From Choristocarpus tenellus KU-1152 (Eukaryota > Protista > Phaeophyceae): a stretch of 55,366 nt of DNA. The notes under the pieces were generated by a model. That model did not search any database and was not told the origin of the DNA. It saw only the letters and a list, made by a program, of their open reading frames with translations. Location of the stretch: NCBI GenBank assembly GCA_964200185.2, contig CAXNAD020000007.1:1-55366 (forward strand), written 5' to 3'. Positions 40,701 through 53,954 of the stretch are shown piece after piece (within the stretch, counting starts at the first letter, position 1; each line of letters begins with the position of its first letter). A program made the translations under genes and the position numbers.

Positions 40701-43700
40701 TGTGGGTGTTGTATTGCCTAGAATTTTCCGTAACAGTTTCCAATGAAAGTCGAAAGAACATGGAAACAAGTCCCTTAAGATATTTTGTGGGTTTTCCTGT
40801 ATTAAATTATCACTGTACATCAGCCATTTATATGTTGTTGTTACAATCATCAGTGAGGGCAAGGTTCATTCTCTCTGAACTCAGGACAAGTCTTAATGAG
40901 GAAGTTTGGTTGATGTGAAACAAGCTACTCCAGAGAATGGCGGAGGAGAAGAATTGGACATCTACTTTAGAATTGTTCTATTTTATTAGGGTCTTGTCAT
41001 CAATCAACCCTTCGTACTTGTTTCGTCTCAAATAAGATAGGATGTGATGAGGTCAGAGAATGCATATTTTACCTGCAAGCATCAGTGCACAATGGGATGG
41101 TTTTCTCTTCATGTTACTTCTCATTACGCCCAACAAATACTCATATTTTCCGTTTACATTGGGTACTTTCATGAAGGGTGAGGGTTAGGGTAACACGAAG
41201 AATAGCATGTGTACAGCATGGTTTTTTGTCCAATTTCAAGTTCTGGAACATGGGGCAACAGTATTTTTGCAACAGAGGTGATAAATAGAATTGCAGGGCA
41301 AAGAAAGGTCTGCAGTGGTAATATTATGCGCACTGATGATTTTGGTCTAATATTTTTTGCTAAGATGATTCATTCTTGTCCCTTTGGATATGTTAGATAT
41401 TACGAGGACAGGTGTTGTCTGCGCTGTTGACTGTTTTGTCTATTTCCTTTTTAGATTGTACTGACACAATAAAGACAATCTTGGACTTGCCTTGTCTTTT
41501 CTGTGCTAACCTCCTACTTGCAGTCGGGGGTGTGCAACTTTGGAGATAAGTGCCGCTTCCGCCATGCCAGCAAGGCTCAACTTGAGGAGGTGATGAATAG
41601 AGTTGCACAAAATGCGTACATAACTAAAAAGTTGTGAAAACCAGGAACTTGCTTGTGGCTTACATTCTGAATTCTTAGTATTGCCTATTTGAAGTTAGAC
41701 GTTTTGATGTGTAAAACACTGAGGTTACCTCATGTTCCTCATTAACCTTCCACATTGTTGTACACCATCCGGCTGTAGATGAGGTTAATCTTGTGTGGTT
41801 TGCCTCTATTGCACCAATATTTGATTTCAGCCATCTTTTGCTATTACTCCCCAGGAACAAGCGATGGGCTTCAGGCACCCTGATCCCAATGATCTTCCCT
41901 CGCGTCCTGGAATGGATCCATGCAAGTTTTATGCTCGTACTGGTGAGAAGAGGAATTTCTGGTAAACCAATTGCACTTGATAGTGGGTCAAAATAATACT
42001 GCTCTAGATTTTTTACAAGGAAATTCCTTTTGATGTCATATTTAACTTATTCTCCAGCTCAACGATATATTAGCCGTACTTATATTCGCATTTTATGTCC
42101 ACTTCAGGCTAAAAGGACCTCAATATTTTGCCAATGTTTACCTAGGTATTTGAAATTTTGTAATTTTATTGGAGCTCAACATCAATATAATAGTAGATTA
42201 GTTTGGTAGGTGCAAGTTCGAATATTGCTTAGCATAACCTCAAGTGATACATGACATTGCACAAAATTGGCAGGGAAGTGTGCGTTTGGCATGAAGTGCA
42301 AGTTTGACCACCCTGAGCACCTGAAGGCAGCTGCTGCCAACATGGCAAGGACGGTGAGTAATGTGGGCGCTACCAAGGTATAGATAGTAAGGGGGGAGGG
42401 CTAATGTGATCAGAAAACATATTTCTGCTTCGTATAGTTTTTGTTCCTTCTGCTAGTGGGAGTGCGTGCATTGGAAAAGTGAGTGATACAGAGAATAGAT
42501 TGCAATGTCTTTTGAGTCTACCACATTATCTGGAGGTGACCCCTCTGTAAAGATTAATTGAGGTCTTTTCAAAGTATGACTGCTTTTAATGATAAGGTTT
42601 GTAGTGACAGCCCTAACATACCATACAACCTACTGCATGTGCAGGATAATAGAACAAGAGTGATTATTACAGAGACTTTAAGGAGATGTGATGGGTGGCC
42701 TTACCCCTATTTTCCAGTCTGCAATTCGATGTTTTAACGGCACAAACTCTACCTTGCTGTTATTTTTTTATGACCTTTCCTGTCTTCTGCATGGTCAATT
42801 GGCTGTGAGTAGGGCCTTGCATCAAGTGCCTCGTCAACAATGCCTGGGGAAAATCGGATGGTAGCATCTGGCTCATCACTGTCCTCTCACGCGCCAGAGC
42901 AGACTGGGAGCAACAAGAAGTCACCCACTCCCCTGAGCACCAGCGTTCCACAGCAGCGTAAGGTACTGCTGCAAACAAGATTTATGCTCAGGGTGCTACT
43001 TTTGTAAATAGGGCTGCGCGTGCAGAATGTCATTGGATTACTTGAGGTAGAGGTGAATGTACATGTCAATAAAAAGTCTACCATCGACTATTTTTAACAT
43101 TGTGGTCTCATTTTGTGATAAACCATCCAAGATAATAACAATTTGACCGAAGTAAATGATCTCATGGACACAGGTACGTGTTCTGATTGGTCTCAACAAG
43201 AGCAGTTGAGCTCATAGTTCAAGTCTTGAAGCATTGCCACATAATTATTCAGTACATACTTTATATGACAGTGATGAAATTTGTTTCATTTGACAATACC
43301 TTGCACAGGCAGCAACATCTGACCTCAAAGAGGTATATGCTCGCCACATTCTGATCAAGCACAAGGGGTCGCGCCGCCCAGCATCATGGAAAGACCCTGA
43401 GGGAGCCATGATCAAGCAGAGGTAGCAACTGCAAAGTAGAAGGACAAAAGGCTGCTGATGGGCCTATGTTTTTTTTCGTTTCTGATTGTCTCATGCTGAT
43501 AGTCACACTTAGAGCATGTGTAGTTTGTGAACTATGTGTAAAAAGTTGCTGGAAGTGGCAATTTTGTCATATGCTCCTGTCAAGGTTGTGCTACAAAATT
43601 GATTTGATAGTTGTATTGTGCCTTACAGAAGAAAAACTGATGTCTTTTTCAAAACCTTTGATTAGTCTGTTATTCCCTCGCATGCAAGTCCTGACTGCAC

Positions 43701-44926
43701 ACCCTCCCTAACCCTTGATTGGTATGTAATTGCACTTATGGGTCACGATTTTACTTCTGTGCCTTTGTATTTTAAGGACTGGATTATAAAAAAATATTTA
43801 TTTTCTGATCCCTTTTAGCTTGCAGTGTCTAAATGCAGCTCGTTGTTTCTACCAAAGGCTTTACTATGTGTGCTTGTACAGAGTGAAGTAAGCATGAACC
43901 CACTGCAAGGTCTGCATTGGTCACCCACCCATCCCCACCCCACCCCTCAATAGACGCACATACATGAAGCTTGTCTTACTCTGATGACAACTGGATAAAT
44001 AAATATTTGTAATGTGGACTGTAAAAACAGGACTGTGGAAGAAGCAACAAGGATGTTGAGAGACCTGAGGGAAAGTGTCAAGTCACCTGATGATTTTGCC
44101 AAAGTGGCTACCACAAGCTCTGACTGCAGCAGTGCCAAGAGGGGAGGAGATCTTGGCTCATTTGTGCGAGGAAAGATGCAGGTGAACACTATTTTATTAT
44201 TTTTGTATGATACGGACGATGTTCCACATATGTTTGGCAAGTAATGATAGGGTTCAGGGGAGTTCTATTATCCAAGGATAAATTAAGCACGTAATTACCT
44301 TTTGTTTTTTGGGTTCTTCGTGTTTTAGACCCTAACACCTGTAGAAATTATTTTTTTGGTCATCAGTTGGTTGGATATGTTTATTTGACTTACTAAAAAT
44401 AAATTATTTATTAAACCACTACATTTTATTGGACCAATCCTAGTCATAATTGCTGTCCCCAGGCAACATGACAGTTTAATGGTATTCCTTGGATGCATAT
44501 TAAGACCGAGAATAGAAATTATGTTCTCATAGTTAACTCAGAATAAAATCTTATAAAAAAATTAAATTAGATGTTGGGTAGCAGCTAATGCGACTTGATG
44601 GTATAGATGAAGACATAATTGTCCTTTCAGATTTTAGTCCAGTAGGTTTTCTAAGTTATCATATAAGTATCTTATCCGGGTTGACTTTTGGAGTATCAGC
44701 ATAATTTCATACCTCTCTTACAGGATGGCACTACAGTTGTGCTGTTAAGTATGAAAATAATGTTGAGGTACCCACAAGTAACGCCTTCTTATCCTTAACT
44801 GTTCTAACTATTTTATTAATAACGCAGCGGGCCTTCGAAGATGCGGCATTTGGACTGGCCGTGGGGGGTCTCAGCGATGTGGTTGCCACAGACAGTGGTG
44901 TGCACCTTATCATGCGCACTGGCTGA
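27471..44926 (+). CDS. Low-complexity/prion-like region + 3x CCCH zinc finger + Pin1-type parvulin peptidyl-prolyl cis-trans isomerase fusion protein (~1040 aa, 17 exons)
   Basis: Exons: 27471-27601, 29637-29788, 31335-32431, 33678-33773, 34827-34940, 35709-35792, 37192(or 37198)-37291, 37773(or 37791)-37860, 38600-39010, 39965-40070, 41524-41589, 41855-41942, 42274-42353, 42813-42962, 43309-43421, 44031-44181, 44828-44926. All are GT-AG and phase-compatible, giving one open frame of 3126 nt with the longer acceptors. Confidence 0.85.
31143..31152. other. Assembly gap (10 N) flanked by poly-C tracts, in intron 2 of the CCCH-Pin1 gene
   Basis: Ns are present; the two flanks look like low-quality duplicate reads of the same sequence. 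Confidence 0.9.
31335..32431 (+). CDS. Large G/S/T/A/Q/Y low-complexity exon 3 of the CCCH-Pin1 gene
   Basis: 1097-nt open exon (ORF 31373..32452 frame); tttttatcag| acceptor, CAG|gtgggt donor. Confidence 0.88.
31418..31564 (+). repeat. Coding 21-bp tandem repeat x7 encoding YPTTGST heptads
   Basis: Unit TATCCCACAACTGGCTCTACC; YGTTGST (YPTTGST)4 [14 protein letters not shown]. Confidence 0.95.
34654..34701. repeat. Compound (CT)n(CA)n microsatellite
   Basis: direct. Confidence 0.9.
38600..42353 (+). CDS. Exons 9-13: three C-x8-C-x5-C-x3-H zinc fingers (plant HUA1/ZFN-like)
   Basis: ZF1 [29 protein letters not shown]; ZF2 [20 protein letters not shown]; ZF3 [30 protein letters not shown]. 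Each finger is completed only across a predicted splice junction. Confidence 0.92.
43309..44926 (+). CDS. Exons 15-17: Pin1/Ess1-type parvulin PPIase domain (plant Pin1At-like, no WW domain)
   Basis: [24 protein letters not shown]...[15 protein letters not shown]...[53 protein letters not shown]. It retains the K/R/R phosphate-binding triad, catalytic Cys, both His and the plant-type DPEG insertion. Confidence 0.95.
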
Positions 44927-47900
44927 ATCAAAAAACAATCTCACACATTGTTAAAATATTACAAGACATGACAGTCAACATGCCATTTGTCTTATGGGCA
45001 ATACTCAAGGGTGCCTGCAATGAGAGGGCTGGCAGTGATGAAGATTGAAGGGTTAGAAATGAAGTTCCAGTCAAGGGGAAGGAAAGGATGTGGGAAGGGC
45101 GATGTTAGGCTTGTAACTACAGACAAGGCGAGACAGGACAAGCGTCTGACGGAGAATAATGGAGTAGGGCATCTGTATCATGAACACCTGCATTTGACAT
45201 GGATTGGATTTTTCTTGGCTTGAGGAAGGCCTACAAAGTCTATATGCTTTATCAGGATTGTTCTAAAGGAGATTCAGTGAAGTTAAGAAAGGAGGGGTTT
45301 GGGGATATAGGGAGAAGGGCAAAGACCGAAAAGCACAAGACTAAACTTATCTGAATGAAGGCTATTGACCTTTTGGGTTGCGATTTACAGATTATGTTAT
45401 CGTTAAAAAGAGGATCAAATGGAATGTGGAATGCCTTATTTTGTTAAAGGGGTTGTGGTTTGAGGATTAAGTGGGGGGTAATAGTAGCTAGCTGGAGCTA
45501 TGTATTGGGTTGCAGAGCAGGGCTTGATATAACAAGCTAAATGGTGCACAAGACTTTATATTTGAAAAAAACAGTACACTCCAAGAATTCACAAAGGTGC
45601 AGAGCACACAACTGCAGACCCCAATTGATTTTGTGGGATAATCGTTTCATACTAAGTTATGTTACTTTGCTGATACCCAGGTTACGACATGAGTTCACAT
45701 TAGGTAGTAGGGGGGAGTGGTTAATGAAAATGAGTGATGGGGTTATGGTAAAGGGAAAAAGAAACATGCAGTGGTTTGTCATTCCTGTAAAGGGAATATG
45801 TTGGGCTTCGTGTCATCTTATGATATTTGAACTACATAAAGTTGAGTCATCATGTGAAGATGCTACCTTCCTTGTACATGGCATCGCTATGCTCCACAGG
45901 ACATTCCATGCCCAATATATTGGGTACATATGATAGGTGTGGTGAAGTTGACCAGGGGATCTTACGTGTGTATGAACTTGGCTTAAGTTGACTGGCATAA
46001 GGGTATGCACTATTCCAGGTAGCCCAGTGTGCGTAGGCACACATTTAATATATAGTCATCATGCTACACTTGAGAAAGCTATGTGGAACCTTTGCTGGGA
46101 CCGGAATTACATTTTGCAATAGCTTGTTGCAAACCCCGGTTCCCGGTTACCCTAATTCTTTGTTCAATTCATGGGTATTATCTGGAACATTTGTGAGGCA
46201 AAAGAGTCTTGTTATTGTAGAATTAAAGATTCTGTTCCTCGGTGTGTTAGTGCTGGAGGCTGAGTCCATTTTATGGTAGGTAGAGATGCTTTCAGTGTGC
46301 TGATGTGATTGTGAAGTAGGATGCAAGAAACAACCTACTCTTACAGCAAGACCTTCTGCACGCCTGCATTTTGTTGGATAATAATAAATATCAATACTGC
46401 ATTTTGTTAGAGGTGCTCCTTACTGCAGTGCACACTTCTCTCTTCTTTATAAATTGCAGTCTAGGGTATGCGGACTATTTTCTTCAAAACTATGTGTTGT
46501 GCAGGGCAGTAAGTTGCACCTTCATATCTTGACAAAATAGCAGACATGATGTGTTGTCCAGCTGTAGAGGAGACAGGAAGGTGTGCAAGAATGAATTTCC
46601 AGTATCTAAACAGAGCCAGCAGTGAACTCCTGGTTTATTGGGCTTGACTTTATCATTGGCCTCTTCAAAAGTCCATCATGGTGTGGTAAACTGCTTGGGC
46701 CCAGAATTTGTGATAAAGGATAATGTTTGTGTCATGTCATCATCTTTATTGTTCAAGATGAGGTGAGGGATATGAACAGCAGCATGTAAAAGGTTGTGTC
46801 TACATATTTTTTAGTTAGGAACTTTTATAAAACATGAGATTTGAAATCCTTGCTTTGTTTGCTCAAATTCATTACATGCGGTATCAACACTGTATTAGTT
46901 TCAAATGTTGAATTTCTCAGGAAAAGACATCCTCAAACTTGGACTAGTAGAATACCCTGTGTTTTGTTGCCCAAAATGGGGCAATGCAGGTGATTTTATT
47001 GTGACAGACCTTGTGTGGGCCTTAGATCTGCCCGCTCAGATGCCTCAAAAGATAAATAAAGTTGAAATATATTATCTGTGTGCATACTGCAGACTGAAGA
47101 GCTGCTATTAACTGTGTGCTAATGGTTGTGCTACTTTTGATTCTACCCTAAATGCCAGACAGGTTAAGAAAACACGATTTTTTTCATCATAAAAAAAGGA
47201 TTCTTTTTGTTGATAAATTGCTTGTGTATAACTTTCAAATACAGTCCACTTTTATTCTGTCGAGATCATAAAGCATGCAATAGTAAGTGATGAGAAATCA
47301 TATTACATGAAATGGTTTGTGCATGAAGTATATAGAATTTGAAGGAACAAATGTAACTTAAGTAGGTGATAATCAGGAAATCTATCGAACTCCGACCCAA
47401 GAACTACCTATCAGATCATTTATTTCTAACAATTACATTACCTATCTTTCACCTCTTCTTTCTGTTTTTCAAAATGTGGGCTGGGGTCTGTCACGTTTGT
47501 AGGATGCCTGCGCCAAACAAGAACTGCCCTCTTTCTGCATCTTGTTTTACCCTTCCCATTGCTACATTCATCTTCAGTCAGCAGATCATCCAGAAAGAAT
47601 GCGCACTTACCAAATTCTACGACTTGCTACAATCTTTCCATCGCTCTGAGGGGTCTTGGCTGGACTGTCCCAGGGCAAATGAGTACTTCTTCGTTAGCAG
47701 TGGAGGAGTTAATGTTCGTGACACGAGGATGTTACATTAAGGGAAAAGAAAATTGTGCCATTTCATGGGTAGTCAGTATAGTAGTCATACTCTCCGCCTT
47801 TACTTTTCCCTATTCTTGTGCTCTCCTCTTGTCTCAGGTGATTGTCATTGTGCCCACAATCTGGAATTTGCTGATGTTGCTTTGGCTTACTCATCTTCGT

Positions 47901-48779
47901 CATCACCTTACCTGCAAATATTTGTTTTGAGGTTGAAGGGAACCAGACCTTCACATTGAGGATGAACATCAGAATTCTCCAAGTGCTCCATCATCTCTGG
48001 GCAAATACGTTTCTCTGTGGTGAGTAGAAAGTTTGAGGTAGGGAGAGATGTATTTGTGAGGACAAAGAATACAAAAAAAGAACCGCACCCTTTTTGCAAG
48101 ATGAAATTATTATGTACGCTCAATGTGAACATTTGGCATCTATATCATAGCCAGATGTTACGATGATATGCAGTGCTGCATAGCTGTAAAGGTATATCAA
48201 CATCACATATTAGTATCGGTGGTCAAGATGCTGTCCTACTTACTTTGTCCGTGGGCTATCACCCCAACATTATGAAGGGAACTAGTACTTGAGATATTTT
48301 ATACCTTACAAACTTTTTCGAGTTAGACAAAAAAAAAAGAACATTATGGTCGGAAATATGGGGACAAATCAAATCTCTTGAAGTTGATTAAGGTGATAAC
48401 TCCGCGTGAAACCCAAACTGCTGTAAAGCCTACCACATGTCAGTTCATCCCATTAAATATGTATGGATTCAGCTGAAGTCCTAACATAATGATCAAGTCA
48501 TAGTGGCACCTTCACAAAACAGCATATAATAGGGCGCATTATCTGGGGCCATTTTCTGTTTTGGAGGGTAGTTACGTTTTTCTCATATATACACGATTGT
48601 TTTACCTGTTAATGATGTAAAACCTATGTCATTGAAATGCTCACGTGTGTTTTTAGATGCTCAAGTCGTTTTGGCTGGCAGTGCAAAATACTTACAGAAG
48701 AAGTACTTGGAGTATTCTTAGTCCATTTTGAGTACTCTGAGTGTTGCTGGGTCATCTTTTGATATTCATTAGTAAATTA

Positions 48780-49700
48780 CAGGTTCAAATTTGTCAGCTT
48801 CAACATTTACATTGTTGCCATCTCCCACCATGAGTTCCATCTTACAACCCTACTGCAAAATTTCATGTACTCCCCCCACTGTGGAGCATCCATTGGTCTT
48901 GCTAGCTCATCCATATCTTTTAGATTGTCAGGAGCATTTGTGAGGTTGATCATGTCTCCCTCCAATATCTTGTCTCCTGTTTTGATGTACTTTGCCATCT
49001 CCCCTTGGGCATAAGCAACCAGCTTGCCACCGTCTGCTGGTTTTCATCCACCCCCAATCCAATCCCAGATAGTGTCACCGTACCACCCCAGCCTTGTCTC
49101 ATCTATCACTTGGGGAACATTCTCCTCTTCACTTACCAAAAGCTGGCATATTGTTCCCATGTTACCAGAAAAACTTGATGGACAACACTTGGGCATATAA
49201 GGTGGTGTCCAAATCATATCCCAGCCCTTATCACCACAACAATTCTGCTGTTTCAGACTCAGCAATCTCAGTGAGGGACTTGGAATTCCACCTGCTCTTC
49301 CTGATGGGTACTCCATTTCTTCCTTGCTGGTACCTTGCGGGCCCTTGCCTGTTAATTTCTTGCCCTCCCTCTCTTGATTTATGGCATCCCTACATCATCA
49401 GATGCCTCTGAGGTTGGCCGACCCTCTCAACCTCTTGTTTTTGTTATTCACCATCCCAGGACTCTTTGCTTGGTGCACCAATAACTTAAGATGGGCCTTG
49501 AGTCATGAAACTAAACCCTTTCAGATTTGTCTACCTACGCTAGCTCGGCCTGATCACCAAGGATGGTCTTCCCTAGTGTCCTTGTGTGGTCGGGAGAAAT
49601 CAGATAGCTAACAGGACTTCCAAAAGGACAACCCAGTTTTTATACAGAGGCCAACAGGTGAATATTTTGAGATAGGCTTCAAGTGTTTCACTCACTGACT
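48780..49700 (-). mobile_element. Decayed Tc1/IS630-like DDE transposase remnant
   Basis: IWTPPYMPK followed after a frameshift by PIKFFW, resembling the (L/W)PPYSP..NPIE..W motif; boundaries approximate. Confidence 0.5.
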
Positions 49701-52700
49701 TAAGGTTCAAGTCATAAGCCCTCACCCAATCATATCGTCAGAAGTAAACACCATACATAGAATGAGAAAGCTCTTACGACTGACCAATTGAACCAAATTT
49801 TGTTAAAAAAATAATAATTTTATCAAATGCCTAGAATATGATTACTTCCCTCCATGATAGTCCCCACAAACTTAACAAGGGAACATCTCAATCTCGAGTT
49901 TGCTTTTGAGTCATCTCACAAACAAGTGTCACTATTGGATTTTCTTCTCTCAACATAGAGTGTTGAGAAAGTTGTCAAACATGCCAAGGTTTGAACCTGC
50001 ACCTCTGTTTTGCTCAGGTATTGTGATAGGTTTACCTTTCACATTATTACAAAAAGTGGGAATGCACCAATGAGTGATAGTACCTAGACAACTGTGGAGA
50101 AACAGGGGCTTTTGCTCAGAGGGTCAGTTACATGCACAAGGAATGATCAATTATCTTTTGATATTGGGGGAACTTGCAGGTGGAACATAGGAGTAGAGTG
50201 AACAGGAGAAGCGCTGATGTGTTTTGCAAGACAATCTGATGGAAGGAAGTATTGGATAACAGCTGAGGGTTGGTGTACGAGGCCCCATAGTTAACACAGT
50301 ATGCGTATGTGGTCAACGAAAGCAAGACTTGGAAGTAAGTACTTTGTAGACAATTTGTATGCCAGAGATTCAATGATAGCAACAGTCAAGGCAGTTAATG
50401 CATGTTGGGGTGCATGCACATATGCAAGGGCCTGTTGAATGTAACTTTTTCCGTTAGTATTTTATTTTTATACGTGATGGATAGTACTTGGATGGAGTGG
50501 ATGTGACGCTTAGTGTCTTTTTCCTGCATGACCTTGGTGATGGTGATGATGACAGCATTGATGATATTCTGTCTCACCTACATGTTGGGTGCAGGGTGCA
50601 TATGTCTAAGTCTTGACTGACATTCTTACCTAAACATCGATTTTTCCCTTATTTTGTCTTGTTTCTGTATTGTTGTATTGTGTTACTGCCTATTTTTTCT
50701 CCCAACTACATTTCGACCACAGGTTTGGGACCTCTCAGACTTCCATGGTAGCAACAGTTATTTTTGTATCTGTCTCAGTAGTGTGGTGGTACCCCAATGT
50801 CTCGACTAATCCAAAGGTTGTAAATTCCATCAAACCTCAGCACAGCAAGCCACTCTCTTGACTCCTTTGTCGGGAGAATGGAAGATTGAATGAAATTTGT
50901 TTGCAAGATGGGGCTAAATAGGAGATACGAAATCACAACAACTGCTCAAGGAATAGGCAGGGAGTAGTAATGACCCACAGAAGAACAAACTTGGTGCTGA
51001 ACTTTCGATTTTTTTTGAGGTGTTGAAATAGCACTAACACCTAAGCAGTAGTACTGTATAAGATTAATGCTTCATCAAAACCATATTACGTTTGTAATTT
51101 TTTTACAATATTTTTTATTCTTCCAAAGCTCCTTGCACTGAACAATCTATTAAGTTGCTTCCATATCTTACAACAATACCACCAATGAGTGATGGGTCCT
51201 ACCCTTACTTCTAAGTTCTGTTAACTTTTCTCCAAGACAGTATTCTGTGAATGAACTACTTTTCGATTGATATATCGAGGCCAGCATTTCGCATACAGCT
51301 ATAGCATCGTGTATGTGACCTTTCATATATTGAATCTCAGTACAATTCTTGCAAGATTTCCAAAGCATAAGGGGGTTTATTATGTGCTTACATTTTTTAG
51401 ATCTAACTAAATCTGCAATATAGCTTGAACACTGAGTTTCGTCAAACAGTTTTAACGCATTGATTTTCTGAAAATATTGGTGAATTGATTTTCTGGAATA
51501 ACTGTTACATCAAATCTTTTTTGTTATTTTTTTAATCTTGATTTATCTGCGAATAAATAAGCATGTGTACCGACTATTTCCTAAATCCAGGTCTTAAACC
51601 TTACGCTGAAATCTCAGGGTTTACCCTAAAAGGAAGACCAGAATTTAGAGATAATTCTCCTAAGAAAAAAAACGTGGTACTGTTGCTTTGATGGATGCTA
51701 AACTGAGTTTATAACTACTAAGCTTATTTTTTATATTAAATCTGTCTAAATATTTTTTCAGGGCAATTTTGTTATTTTGCTTTATCTAGAACTCTGGTAA
51801 GTTAGGAATTATAGTAAAGAAAATAAAAATAATTAACTACGCCTATGAACATCACTTTCAAGAGGATAACACTAATTATACTTCATAACTTATCCTTTTA
51901 GTAGGAGTATTAAACACTAAGGGGAAGGATGTTAGTGATAGAGAAAAAGTTATTGGTGGCATCAATAAATCTCGAAATCTGTATAAATCCCATTCATACT
52001 TTTACTAGATATCAGCTCTTTATTAGATAAATCAACTTATGAACATACCCAAAACAAAACAAGGTTTGAAGCTACCTGATATGAAAGAATCGAAAATATT
52101 AATAAAAACTTTGGACCACTTATAAAAATGTCTCAAGCAGAATTGTTTTTAATAAAATAACAGCAAAATCATGGGGAAAATATTTAATGTAGAAGGAGTT
52201 AAAATCTTTGGAAATCTTTCAATTGAAGTTCATAAATGCATAAGAACCACCGACCCTTTTCATGAAAATAGCCTTGTACCACTCATGTTGGGTACTAGAA
52301 CAACAGGATAATATACTTTCTGCATCCTACCTATTGATAGTCTTTGGGACCGATCAAACCGCAGCAGACCAGACTGTTGTGCTTGTGCCACCTTTAGGTA
52401 TTTATAATGATAGGTGCTTCAAAGTGTATTCTGTTTGCAATCCATTTTGTACATGGTCCTCTCCTTCAAAGTGTGTAGCAATGGGATTCAAACCTCAACC
52501 GGGTTGAAGCAGCAAATAGCAAAGAAGCTCCAAACTTTTGCAAGGAAGATTGTTGTAACTCCAAATGGATAGAACCAGTCTTGAGGGAGGGATTTCGCAG
52601 CCTGGCAATGAGTTACTGTGCTTTCCAAGGAGTGTTTCTGCCACTATCCAAAATAATATGACAAGCAGTATTTTGATTGCTCAGGCAAATGATTGTTGCG

Positions 52701-53954
52701 GGTGCACTTTTTTTCCTTTCCCTCCGTGCAAACCCACCACGCCCAGTGGAAGCTCAACAATCGCTATGTGATAATAATTTATTCCCTGCATGTGTGTTTG
52801 AAGCGATATTTGTGGCTTGTGAGGTTCGAGTGACACGCCATATGATGAAAAATGAATAAGTTGATCTGAAATGTTTGGTTGGTACTCTACGTTGTGAGTG
52901 ATGCATCAACCTTGTGCGTGGTGGTGCTGTGTGAGATGAGGTTGTGATGTGCCACTACTGTGATGATGTTTGCATGAATTGGTAGAATTGTTATCCATCA
53001 CTCCCTGTAAAAATGCTTGTTTTACCACTGTCAGCATCCCAGCAGACCTTCACCTTGACTCTGGAGTGACTATTTTGCTTGAGTATGGGTCGAATTTTGT
53101 ACGTGACCTCCTACTTCTCAGTAAGACCCTAAGTATCTGGGAGGGGGGGGGGCATGAAAATGATAAAATAATAATAATAATAAGGGATTTTTCATCGCTC
53201 AGCGGAAGGTCGAATTACCTCTGGTCTGCTATGTCGGCTTGTCCAGGAAGAGTCCCGGAACATTCTTTCGCTCTGTAGCGTGTGGTGTCCGTCCCCCTTG
53301 CACTGGGAAAGAGCCGGTCACGTTCTGCCTAAGAATTTTTATCCTGTGGGCGACAGTTTGTTTTTTCTTTTTTGGCCTTTTTGTTTTTTTTACTCAGGCA
53401 ATTGCTTTTTTGGACTATGAAGCGTGCAGCATCGATGAAGAGGTCCTGGAACTGTCCTGAAAAAATAGTGAAAAATAGTGAAAATTAGTGTCTGCCTTGC
53501 GACTATTGGTATGTACGTACCTACAATTTTTTATTATCTGAAAAAAGTTGCTTGTGCTGACTTATTATGCATTTTTATATCCTCCCCCTCCCCCTGTCCC
53601 CCTCTCCCCCCTCCCTAAAGGTTCTGTTCTACTGCCACTTCCCGGACAAGCTGCTCTGCAGGAGTAGGGGTTCGATACTACAAAGGGCTTACCGTCTGCC
53701 CCTTGACCTGTATGTTTCCTTTACCTATATGTTTCCTTTACCTATATGTTTCCCTCCCTCTTCCCCCCCCCCCCCTCCAGCGCTTGACTACGCTGATGAG
53801 GTGCAACATTCCTTTTTAAAAGATTAAGACAAGCCCTCCCCACCCAACCTGACCAAAGTGATGGATGTTCAAAAGGTCGCAGTTAGGTGGGAAGACAAGA
53901 AGACAAGTTTGTATCTTACGACAGTCCAAGAATTGACTTTTTATGTGAATCATG

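Noticed and set aside
47366-50861. Exon-like segments with good splice signals (47838-48019 +, ~47912-48015 -, 50723-50861 +) suggesting a third gene
   Set aside because: No consistent open frame or recognisable protein could be chained; they may be non-coding or chance sites.
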